A stretch of DNA of 64,000 bases, taken from NCBI RefSeq assembly GCF_004010195.1, contig NC_057753.1, positions 8,554,985 through 8,618,984 on the forward strand. The letters are read 5' to 3'. Below are positions 53,700-64,000 of this stretch, one piece after another. How positions within the stretch are numbered: position 1 is the stretch's first letter; every line of letters starts with the position of its first letter. The stretch is from Chiloscyllium plagiosum. Taxonomy: Eukaryota. Under the pieces are notes generated by a model. That model was not told where the DNA came from, did not search any database, and saw only the letters and a list, made by a program, of their open reading frames with translations. Position numbers and translations under genes: made by a program.

Positions 53700-55640
53700 A
53701 GGAGCATCCTAATACAGTGCATAAGATGATATCATGCGGATCGACCCACCATTGGAACGGCAGCAGCTGATGTTCTGGTTACTGTAACGGGACCCTCTTT
53801 CCTCGGCTCGTTCCACTCTCTCCAGAAGGACTGTACATACACCAGTTTTCCAGATCCAATACGCCCATTCCTGTTACGAGAAACTGGTTCCCTCAGCATT
53901 TCCATATGTCGATAGACTCATAAATCATAGTTAGCTGTTGCATATACTGCATAAATTCAAGTTCCAATCGTTCCAAGTCACACCCGTCAAATGGACCTCT
54001 CCAGTTAGGCACTGACATAGGTCTACCGGTAAACATTTCATGCAGTGTCAAGTTAGTCAAACAGTTAGTCTGCGCACGGTAGTCCATTATTAATAGCAGC
54101 AGTGCTTCAAATCAGGTACGATAGGGATTTGCACAAATTGTAGTAAACTCAGCTTGGAAAGGACTAACAATCTGTTCCACCACACCCTGCGACTGGGGAT
54201 GATACACACAGTCAAACCTCTGATTAATCCGCAAGGTCAGCAGCACCAACTGAACCACCTTCTGGGTAAAGGCAGACCCATGTTCCGAACTGATCTCAGA
54301 TGGTATCCAAAACCAATGAATATCTTCAGTTGTCAAAAACATCAACACAGCGCCTGCCCCTGAGTCTCTTGACGGGGTTGCTTCTGCACATCTACAAAAC
54401 CAGTTATTGACCACAAACATATACATCTACTTTCCCACCGTCCTTATCAGGACCACATAGTCGATCACCAAATCCTGCAAATAAAGTGACCAAAAGCCAT
54501 CCCCAATTATGCCTCTCTGCACTTCACCTCAAGCACAGTGATCCAAGGCATGTGCCTCTGAGATAAGAATGGGCAACAAAGGGGTAGGTGCCACCCACAA
54601 ATCTTCCTCTGTGCGCCGCAGGCTTTCTTGGTTACGCCTGGTGTCTCTTTGTCCCCACAACAGCTACTCAGCTAAGGTTGCCTCACCTCGTATCGCAATG
54701 ACGTTGGCTGTGGATGGCTCCGGATCTAAACACACCTGGGTGCAATGACAGCCGAAGCTACCCAGAAGCCAGTCTAGCCACTTCATCTGCTGCCTGATTA
54801 CCCTTCACCACCAAATCACAACCTACCACGTGTGGCCGCTATTTTATAATAACTAACGCTTTAGGCATCATCAATGCAATCGCCAACTCAATAATCTGCT
54901 GACAATGTTGTATGGGATCCCCATGGCTCTTCCGGAAGCCCCTTTGCTTCCAGACAGGGGCTTCCAGACAGAATCATACAAATGACAGACTCCATGGGAA
55001 TCGGCAGAATCAGTATTTATATCTGCCTTCTCACCTTCCACCAACATTCAGGCAGCAGTGAGGGTCGAAAGCTCAGCGAGTTGTGCCGAACAAGGCTGTA
55101 GACAGGCCTCCAATATAACCGTCTTTAACTGAGACTCCTCCTGCCGGACAGCTGCAAACACTGCATGAATCCCATCTTGTCTTTTTTGGCATGAACCATC
55201 TACAAAAATGTTATCATCTGTCCACCTGTAGCAGGCCTGGGAGCTCGAGTTATAGCCTCAATCTGATCAGATGCTATCACCTTACTGCCCTTTGCTATCA
55301 ACCTACCCAAATACTTATTCTGCTGCTTACAGGATTGCAGCTACTGCCTGGACACCTTATGGCCGCCATATGCTAACCGCTCCAAAAGAGATATGATGTC
55401 ACGCTCACATTGTCCTTGACTCTCAGAGCAAACGAGCAAATCATCAGCATAGTTGATTAGTGTACTCTCCAATGGCACACACTCCAGCTCCAACTTCAAC
55501 ATCTGATTAAATACATGCGGCGAATGCTTAAATCCCTGTGGTACTCGATTATGAGTACACTGTCTTCCTCTGAACGTAAAAGCAAACAAATATTGGCAGT
55601 CCTCCACCAACGTAACATTAAAGAAAAGCATGAACACAAG
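53700..55640 (-). mobile_element. Endogenous retrovirus pol remnant (RT, RNase H, integrase), probably class I/epsilon-like
   Basis: RT: LFAFTFRG..RVPQGFKHSPHVFNQ..INYADDLLV. RNase H: IFVDGSC..SAQLAEL..INTDS..KGNQAADE. Integrase: IPSEISSEHGSAFT..CVYHPQSQGVVE. Stops and frameshifts present. Confidence 0.8.
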
Positions 55641-55739
55641 TCTATACTATCTATTGCCTCATCGCATCATAAATGTCTTTATCCCAGCTACAGATCTTGC
55701 TGTTCGGTGTGTAAATGTCTATTTCTAACGTTAAAGTGA

Positions 55740-56830
55740 CTTTAACCGAATTGTACTCACCTACCTTCACATTTAAAATCTGGCCCAGATTGTGGCCTCG
55801 CCTCCTGTTGGCCTATCTGTGCTCGCTATGAAGAAAGATTGAGAGGTTAGGTTTATTTTCATTAGAAAAAAAGGCGATTGGGGTGGGGGGGACCTGATTG
55901 AGGTTTACAAAATCATGAATGGTATAGACAGGGTGGATAGAGACAAACTTTTTCCCAGGATGATAGATTCAATAACGAGATTTCACGCTTTCAAGGTGAG
56001 AGGTGGAAAGTTTAAGGGGGATACACGCGGCAAATACTTCACACAGGGGGTGGTGGGCGTTTGGAACGCGTTTCCAGCAGAGGTGGTAGAGGCAGGCACG
56101 ATAGATTCATTTAAGATGCATCTGGATAAATGCATGGGTAGGTGGGCAGCAGAGGGATACAGATGCACAGGAATTGACCGACAGGTTTAGAGAGTACATT
56201 GGGATAGGCTCAGGCTTGGAGGGCCGAAGGGCCCGTTTCCGTGCTGTAAATTTTCTTTGTTCTTTGTATCTATATACTGTGTCAGGAAACCCTCCTGCAG
56301 ATATATCGTTTCCAGTCTGTGTTAGAAAAGTAAAAGCCCCCATAACAATTCCCCTGTTACTTTCACTCCTATCCAGAATTATCTTTGCAATCCTTTACAC
56401 TACACTTTTGATTTTTTTTAACGCCTCTCCTTAACTGTTTCTATACTCAGCCCATACTACCTCAGTCGAAGTGTCCTCATCAAATGCCCGTTTTGCTACT
56501 CTAAGACTGTCCTTGACTAATAATGCCTCATCTCCCCCTTTTACCAACTTCCCCTATCTTACTGAAACATCTAAACCACAAAACCTGAAACAAACATTCT
56601 GCGAAATGGCCTCAACATGGAAGTCCCTGGTACAAACCTATGCTGCAAATTCACACACCATATTCGGGATTCTCCTGGCGTTGATGTCGACTCATTTGAA
56701 ACCATCTTCCTGCCAGTCGGTGGACTCCTGTGACCTTGATACCTTATTCATGACCTCACTACCCTCATCTTCCTCTACATTGGAGCTAGAATTCCGGTTC
56801 ACATCCCCTTGATGAATTAGTTTAAATTTT
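55740..56830 (-). mobile_element. CR1 endonuclease remnant (-) interrupted by a CR1 3' end (+, about 55820-56266)
   Basis: Inner: GIDRVDRDKLFPR..YFTQGVVGVWNAFP with a (TTCTTTG)n tail; TATCT is repeated at both junctions. Outer: IVMGAF.F and GFK*VDINAR remnants. Confidence 0.75.
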
Positions 56831-57500
56831 AAGGAGATGGTTAGGTGCTTGTAGAGGAAATGGAATTATTGTATAATGTAGATACTGAAGGGATGACAGA
56901 GGTAACGATGAGTGGAGGAGTTGGATGAGGTTATAGAGAAAAGGAAGGGCATCGGGGCTAAAGGATATTACAGAGATAGGAAGTGCTGTAGGTGCTCGAG
57001 TGAGTTAAAGCAATACAGATGGCTGGGAAAGATTGTAGGGGATTAGAAAGAATGAGGTACAGCGGGCTTGGAGGAGGTTAAAAAATATGAATGATGTAGC
57101 AGCTGGAGAAAGTTGCAGATAAAAGGATGGCGTAGAATGTGAAGGAAGCTACACTGATATGGCGGGATACACTCCTATCCAGAAGAGTGTACAGAGACAA
57201 GGAGTGCACATGCTGCGATGGTTACAGCCAAAATTAACCAGTTAGGCACTGGAGAAAGTTACAGAGCTCAGGATCTGGGGTCTGGGGAATGTTACAGAGA
57301 TAGTGAAAGAGTGCAGGTGCTGGAGGAGATTATAGAGGTAGGAAGGGGAGTAGGTGTGGGAAGAAAATCAGAAATTAGGGCAGCTCTAGTAACTGGAGCA
57401 GATTACAAAACTAATGAGGGCTGTAAGGGTGGGAGGAGATTAATATAGAATGATAAATGTAGGAGCTGGAGAAAGGTACAGAAATAGAAGGGTGTAGATG
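56830..57500 (+). repeat. Degenerate purine-rich tandem array with a recurring gttacagagatag-like core
   Basis: Variants ggttatagaga, attacagagatagg, gtgtacagagacaagg, gttacagagctcagg, gttacagagatag and ggtacagaaatag, with strong G/A strand skew. Confidence 0.55.
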
Positions 57501-59034
57501 ATTGAATGAGTGATTTATTTATTGTCACTTGCATCTTACAGTCAATTTTACAGTAAAGTTGAAAAGCTTCAACTGTCAGAATAATCTGGCACAATTTTTA
57601 AGAATAGAAGAATGAAAAGAATAAAAGATACATGGGAAAGATAGTCCTGAGCCGACTCAAGAAACGCATGAGCCATTGGAAACGAGGAACCTTGGCTCGA
57701 CTGCCAGACCAAGCTGCCACCGCCGTTTTGTCAAGAGTCCCTCCCCGACATCCCTCCTCCACAATGTCGCCTTGTCTTGAAATATCTGCTGCTACCAACT
57801 CAACCTCTGATCATGGGACATGTTTTTCTGCTACTGCCACCTCCGGCTCTGAACGTCGAGGGGATTTACTGCTGCTGCTGCCTCCACAGTCGTTGTCACT
57901 ACCACACTCAGTCAACATGAGGAGCCGCACCTCCCGCTGTTTCTGAAAGCTAAGAAGTGTTGCCATTACGCGCATGGCCTGCTTGAGATGCCACGCCAAT
58001 TTGCTGACTAATCCACCACAAAAGACTTCAAAGAAAGAAGAACAAAAGATAAAAATTGAAAGAAAAAGGGCAGAAGTGAAAAGAAAATAAAGGAAGTGTG
58101 TGGGAGAGTATGAGCCCTGGGCAAGACCCGTAAACAGCCCGAGGAAAATTGCCTCAATATTTACAATTTCTCACATACTCTTGAAGTTTTGATATTTAGA
58201 TGGCTAGTCAAATTCAGTTTCTGGTGCATGATGGTCTCCAGGCAGTTGATGGTATGCCTGCAACTATGCCAATGCCATTTAATGATGACAGAAAATGGTT
58301 AGATTTTCCATATGTAGACATTGCCATGTGGATGAAACAAATTTTGAACGGCAACTGTCAGCCGAGAACCACGTGTTGTCCAGGCCTTTCTGCATATGGC
58401 GAGAGAATCCTTCAACATCTGGAAGCTGCGAATGATGCTCAACATCATGCAATAAACGAATATCCCCACTCTGGCCGAAAGTTAAGGGAATACTCTTTGA
58501 TCAAGCAGCTAAGGATGATTGGGCCGAAGATACTAAATTACTACATATTGATTGAGTATTTCTGCATTTCTTTCAAAGTTCTATGAAGTTATGAACTTCA
58601 CAAAATTCTCTAATGCTTATTTGAATCTTGTTCCCTTTTGATGTTGGCCAGATGTGTGGCTGAACATAAAGGAAAGATGCCTGGATTATCTATCATTGAA
58701 GTTGCCCTTTTTCTTTCTACTGTGTGGCGCGCTATCTCTCCAACCGACGCCCCAACACTTAACATAATCTGCTGGATTTTTTCTTTAGCCTTTACAATTC
58801 GGGCAGAGTGGGAGGTGTTCACAAATCTTTTTTGTTGATTAACGTGATCTATGTATAGCACATTACTTCACACCTAGACATACAGTACATTCTCCTCGTT
58901 GTTTTTGTAATGTGGTGCTATTTCATCAACGGTTGAAAAGATTGTCATCAGCAGCATGCATCATTACCAATACTTAAACTGAAACCATGAGATGTCATGA
59001 TAGACATAAGCAATATTGAGGCCTCCCAGGTCCT

Positions 59035-60320
59035 TTATTTGAATATTATCGGGAAATTGATGATTACGTTATGACAGCAGGCTGCATAAACCTCACATGC
59101 TATTGCTTATGTATAGATTAAGACAACATGGTCAGTTGTTGTATTTGAAGTAAATAGACAAATTGGGACATTTTTATGTTCATCTGGCGGAACTAAATCA
59201 AAGACGGATAAACAAATTCTCTCCTCAGTTCCATACATTGCCCCCACATCATTTTATCTTTAAATCTTAATTAATAAATGAAAGGCATTGGCTTAAAGGT
59301 AGCCAATAAAACACAACGAGAAAGACAGGATGAACTTATTTCTGAGGCATGTCTCACAATCTTGGCACAATTCGTTACATACATCTAAGTAAAACACTTA
59401 GGGTGAACTTAACTAGGCGTGTCGGATTTCTTTCTCGTCAGTATGCCTCGATCAAAACCCAATAACCCTCCCACGATTTTAAACGTTCTTGTATAATTTT
59501 GACATAATCTATCGGCTTGCCTATCCATTTAAGGAACTATCAACAATTGAACTAGATGCTCATATATAAGTTTATGGGCATGGAGTATGTATAATCAAGA
59601 ATTACTCTTTATTCAATAAAATAAAACGTGATCATATAACAAAAACATGCTCCCGTTCTTCAGTTTCAAAAATGTCATTGCAAAGCAATTGGTTAGCTTC
59701 TCCATTAAATGACAGAAAGTGGAATTCATGATGATATAGCATAACCTGTTTGTTCAGTGGCTTTAACTAATGTAATGGTAATTGCCCTCTGCATGTCTCC
59801 TGAAGCGTGAACGTCACGTTAAAAGGGGATATTTCCTGAAAACCATTCAAAGCAATTTAGCACTCCTGGATAAGTATTGATTCTTCGCAGAGAAAATGCA
59901 CGCTCCTCCCACAGGACTGCCATATGCTATTTACTATACTTCCCTTGCTTTAATCGCTGTCCCAGGTAAGATATGCATATACTTAATGAATTTATCTCAA
60001 AGACAATGGTATATGAATAAGAGAAATTTAACTTTTATGTGTCTAAGGCACTTATTAAAAGTGTTCTTTAATTCAGCAATCAGTTCTGTTGAATGTCGCT
60101 GTAGAAGGACATACCGAATTTAGAAAAGCTAGAAACTGCATTTATGTAAATGTTATCGAGAAATTGATGGCTAAGTTATGACAGCTGGCTGCATATACTT
60201 CACATGCTATTGCTTATGTATAGAATAATATAAGGCCATTAGTTGTTGCATTTGAAGTGAACAGACAAATTGGGTCATGTTTATGTTCATCTGGCGGAAC
60301 GAAATCAAAGAATGATAAGA
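59035..60320 (+). repeat. Diverged direct repeat of about 175 bp (about 59035-59210 and 60141-60318) flanking exon 1 of paralogue B
   Basis: Shared blocks gaaattgatg, gttatgacagc, cacatgctattgcttatgtataga, agttgttg.atttgaagt, agacaaattggg and ttatgttcatctggcggaac.aaatcaaaga. Confidence 0.85.
59896..59965 (+). CDS. GPR139-like GPCR paralogue B, coding exon 1
   Basis: MHAPPTGLPYAIYYTSLALIAVP+G|gtaag with a canonical donor at 59966. In-frame TGA at 59878 upstream. Homologous to the exon at 2649-2718. Confidence 0.88.
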
Positions 60321-60911
60321 TTGACGTTTGAAAAATTGTTTCCGTTTAGACCAATTTAAATTTGGAACTAATGTTGCCTGTAATGTCAACTTAAAAAGTC
60401 AAAAATCAGAGTTAAGGAATTTCTTTAGTCAATAATCAGAATTCTCTGAATCAAAATGGATAACGCAGCCATTTTAAGAAACTCATATTTTGACATTTCT
60501 ACTTCCAAACTAATGCACTATTTAGAGTCATAGAATAAAAGAACAATAAAGTAACATTAAAGTATGGAAGAAGTCCCTTTGGATATTGTGTCACCTCATA
60601 TTTTTCAGGATATCATTCCATTCTCATAGTTCTGCCTATCTCACTTGGCAATCTATGTTGTCACTTATTCTAAGATTTGTTCCTTACTATTTCACACAAC
60701 ATAAATTTTCAGTGTCATCTGCTAACTTAGCAGTTGTTCCGCCTAACATCATTTCTAGAGAACACAAATGAGGATTTTTTGGCTTACTGGACTCGTGGCA
60801 TTACCATTACACCATTGCTTTTCTATAGGGCACTGAAGCAACACTTAATACTCACATCGGGTTTCGAACCACTTCTTTTTATATGATAGATAAACAACGC
60901 AATAAAACTCC

Positions 60912-61701
60912 CGTTCGCCGAGCTGGACGTTTTTGTTGCAAACGTTTCGTCCCCTGTCTAGGTGACATCCTCAGTGCTTGGGAGCCTCCTGTGAAGCGCT
61001 TCTGTGGTGTTTCCTCCGGCATTTATAGTGGCCTGTCCCTGCCGCTTCCGGTTGTCAGTTTCAGCTGTCCACTGTAGTGGCCGGTATATTGGGTCCAGGT
61101 CTATGTGTTTGTTGATGGAGTTTGTGGATGAGTGCCATGCTTCTAGGAATTCCCTGGCTGCTCTTTGTTTGGCTTGCCCTACAATGGTAGTATTGTCCCA
61201 GTCAAATTCATGTTGCTCTTCGTCTGCGTGTGTGGCTACTAGGGATTGCTGGTCGTGTCGTTTCGTGGCGAGTTGATGTGACATCAACGACACGACACGA
61301 AACGACATGACCAGCTATCCCTAGTAGCCACACACGCAGACGAAAAGCAACATGAATTTGACTGGGACAACACTACCATTATAGGGCAAGCCAAACAAAG
61401 AGCAGCCATGGAATTCCTAGAAGCATGGCACTCATCCACAAACTCCATCAACAAACACATAGACCTGGACCCAATATACCGGCCACTACAGTGGACAGCT
61501 GAAACTGACAACCGGAAGCGGCAGGGACAGACCACTATAAATGCCGGAGGAAACACCACAGAAGCGCTTCACAGGAGGCTCCCAAGCACTGAGGATGTCA
61601 CCTAGACAGGGGACGAAACGTTTGCAACAAAAACTTCCAGCTCGGCGAACAGAACCACAGCAACGAGCACCCGAGCTCCAAATCTTCTCACAAACTTTGA
61701 A
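60912..61701. mobile_element. Palindromic Penelope-like insertion (two inverted 3' ends) with 12-bp TSD CAATAAAACTCC, in the intron of GPCR paralogue B
   Basis: Arms 60913-61267 and 61296-61650 are near-perfect reverse complements and encode EFLEAWHSSTNSINKHIDLDPIY on both strands. TSD at 60900-60911 and 61702-61713. Confidence 0.93.
61586..61625 (+). ncRNA. Minimal type I hammerhead ribozyme motif, sense to the GPCR pre-mRNA (mirror copy at 60938-60977, minus strand)
   Basis: gca-CTGAGGA-tgtcacct-agac-aggggac-GAAA-cgtt-tgc: CUGANGA and GAAA cores, stem I gca/tgc, stem II gtc.cct/agg.gac, palindromic ACGT stem III and a GUU site. Confidence 0.75.
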
Positions 61702-62116
61702 CAATAAAACTCCAACAAAAATCAGCATCGCTGCTGTGGAAGATGCACCTACATTATAATAACACTGGAAATGGCCTCTGCATTATCCAACTCCACACAA
61801 TTCCAATAATTCAAAACTTGCATAAGATAATTACTTAATTAAAAAGAACTGGTCGTCATGTTTAATAAGTAACATGCTGCGACAAGCTATCAGCATCATG
61901 TTATCGAATGAGAATTATAACTTAATGTGTATTAATAGTAAAATATTTTGATGTAAATTACAGTACTAATTAAGAAACCATAATCTCGAGATGCTTTCCA
62001 TGTGAAAGCCTTACTCACATTTGAAGTTTTCAACATTATTGGCACACACGCAATTTCGGGATTTAAAAAAAAATCTATTTCTATTCATTGCAATGTCTTT
62101 GTTACCCTGCCAATTT

Positions 62117-62667
62117 AAGAACAAAGAACAAAGAAAATTTACAGCCCAGGAACATGCCCTTCGTCCCTTCATGCCTGAGCCGATCCAAATGTACTGTCGA
62201 AACCTGTCGGTCAATTCCTAAGAATTTGTAACCCCACCTACGCATGCATCTGTCCAGATGCATCTTAAATGCCTCTTCCACCTCTGCCTGCAAAGGGTTC
62301 CAAACGCCCACCACCCTCTGTGTGAAGTATTTGCCCCCCCCCCCCCCCCCGCCCCCTTTAACTTTTCACTTCTCACCTTGAAAGCAAAACCTCTGGTTAT
62401 GGAATCCTTTACTCTGCGAAAAAGCTTGTCTCTATCCACCCTGTCTATACCCTTCCTGATTTTGTAAACCTCGGTCAGCCCCCCCCTCAATCTCGTTTTT
62501 TCTAGTGAAAATAAACCTAAGCTACTCAACCTGTCTTCATAGCTAGCACCTTCCATACCAGCTAATATCCTCGTAGACCTTCTCTGCACCTTTTCCAAAG
62601 CGTCCACTTCATTTTGGTAATGTGGCGACCAGAACTGTAAACAATAATCTAAATGCGGCCGAACCAT
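62117..62667 (-). mobile_element. CR1 3' end with (AAGAACA)n tail in the intron of paralogue B
   Basis: VRPHLDYCLQFWSPHY..LEKVQRRSTR; same family as 55820-56266. Confidence 0.88.
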
Positions 62668-63685
62668 GTATTTTTACTTTCTTATTTTCCAAATATAGGG
62701 AATAGGTACGTTACAATAATAAAGTCATTTACGTGACACAGTTAACTTTAAGTTCATTATTTTCCAGCAGCTGATATCTTTGTTTGTATCATCCAGCCAC
62801 GTTGAAAGTCGTATTTTTAATTGATCTAGAAATAAAGTCCACAGTATGGTTGCACTTCATCTGCCCTCACAGCAATTAAATATTTTTTCATGCACTGGCT
62901 GACATGCATGTATTCATAGTTGTGCAATTTCAGTTATGTCAGTCACGCTTTAATCTCTTAGTCTTAGATTTATCACTTTAAACCCACACTCTAAGACCTT
63001 AATGAATGGTGCAAATATCCCTGGCTGATGTTTTAAGTCTGTGGGATTTGTGGCATTCTTTCTTCCATGCTTGCATACTTCATGTTTAAAGAAGGACGAT
63101 GTCTTCTGGGTAGCATGGAGATTCTAGAATTTTAACCCATGTCACAATTGTTCTACAAGTGAGTTAAAGGCTGCCAGGCTACTCACAGGACATGGTACAT
63201 AAATATTGATCACTCAGTCAGACAAGATGAAATAGCTCAGCTACATTAAGCACCCGATGAGAAGGTTACATCCGAAAAATGGCTTCAAAATCTCAGTTCT
63301 GTTCTTTGTCATATTGATGAAAACGTTTTGTATTTGTTTGCACCATTGTTAACATCTTCTTTATTTGACTCTGAAAGGAATGAAAATAAATCTATGTTGT
63401 TACCTTATTAAAATGTTGATCATTTTAAAAGAAAATTTGCAAATATGTTAAAATCCATCAAATCAAATATATATTGTGCTATCATTTCTATTTGTCCCAT
63501 CAGTTGGCTTTCTTCTTCCATCCTTTCTAACTTAAATGATCAGTTTTAGCTGAAACTTCAACAAATGTCAATATTTGTTTACTTAAGTATGGCAATTGAA
63601 CAAGTGCTAAAACATTAAATAACGTATTTCATTTCGCTCTCTCTCCCAAACCCATCTTTGTCTCTGTATTCACTCCTCTTGACAG

Positions 63686-64000
63686 TTAACTTTCTGGCAA
63701 TTGTTATCCTAGTACGACGAAGGTGTGGTTTGTCAAATTGTGTTACACTATACCTGGTGTCAATGGCAGCAACAGACCTCCTGGTCATTATCACTTCCGT
63801 GATCATCAGCCGTCTCAGTGAGATTTATTTCCCAGGTAGTTTTTTGACCATTACACCAGTGTGTAGTCTCAGCATTACACTAACTTATATAGCACGAGTC
63901 TCTTCTGTCTGGTTAACAGTTAGTTTCACTTTTGATCGATTCATGTCAATTTGTTATCAAAACCTGAAAGTGAAATATTGCACTGAGAAAACGGCAACTG
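63686..64000 (+). CDS. GPR139-like orphan class A GPCR, paralogue B, coding exon 2 (partial; continues past the right edge)
   Basis: After a pyrimidine tract and ...cactcctcttgacag: (V)NFLAIVILVRRRCGLSNCVTLYLVSMAATDLLVIITSVIISRLSEIYFPGSFLTITPVCSLSITLTYIARVSSVWLTVSFTFDRFMSICYQNLKVKYCTEKTAT. TM1-TM3 and DRF motif present; the frame is open. Confidence 0.9.

Noticed and set aside
2740..59030. Additional GPCR exons or pseudogenes between the two genes
   Set aside because: None were recognised by eye (no further IYY..LA.I..P or CGLS.C motifs), although a decayed copy could have been missed without TBLASTN.
59808..59822. CRE-like half site (acgtca) upstream of paralogue B
   Set aside because: A short motif expected by chance, with no matching site seen upstream of paralogue A.
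59896..60123. 75-aa ORF from the ORF track
   Set aside because: Only the first 23 codons are coding; the rest is read-through into the intron past the GTAAG donor.

Overview
Vertebrate nuclear DNA, almost certainly from a shark or other cartilaginous fish. The basis is HE1/V-type and Deu-type SINEs, CR1 LINEs with (ATAGAAC)n-type tails, abundant Penelope-like elements and shark-type GPR139-like receptors. The window lies between two divergently transcribed (head-to-head), two-exon, class A orphan GPCR paralogues of the GPR139/GPR142-like type. One is on the minus strand at the left edge (exon 1 2649-2718, exon 2 1-292, running off the window). The other is on the plus strand at the right edge (exon 1 59896-59965, exon 2 63686-64000, running off the window). 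The ORF track does not recover either spliced gene. By my hand alignment they share 74 of 120 residues with no gaps, and differences cluster on the pocket-facing side of TM3. The ~57 kb between them is mostly nested, decayed retroelements: many CR1 copies, Penelope-like elements with minimal hammerhead ribozyme cores and inverted termini, tRNA-derived SINEs, an L1-clade 3' end, L2 remnants and an endogenous-retrovirus pol fragment. The most notable non-coding structure is a TSD-flanked 790-bp insertion with ~355-bp near-perfect inverted arms in the intron of the right-hand GPCR, carrying an intact hammerhead core on each strand. Boundaries of old repeats are approximate. There are two assembly gaps (about 29734-29886 and 49221-49969). 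No database searches were run.
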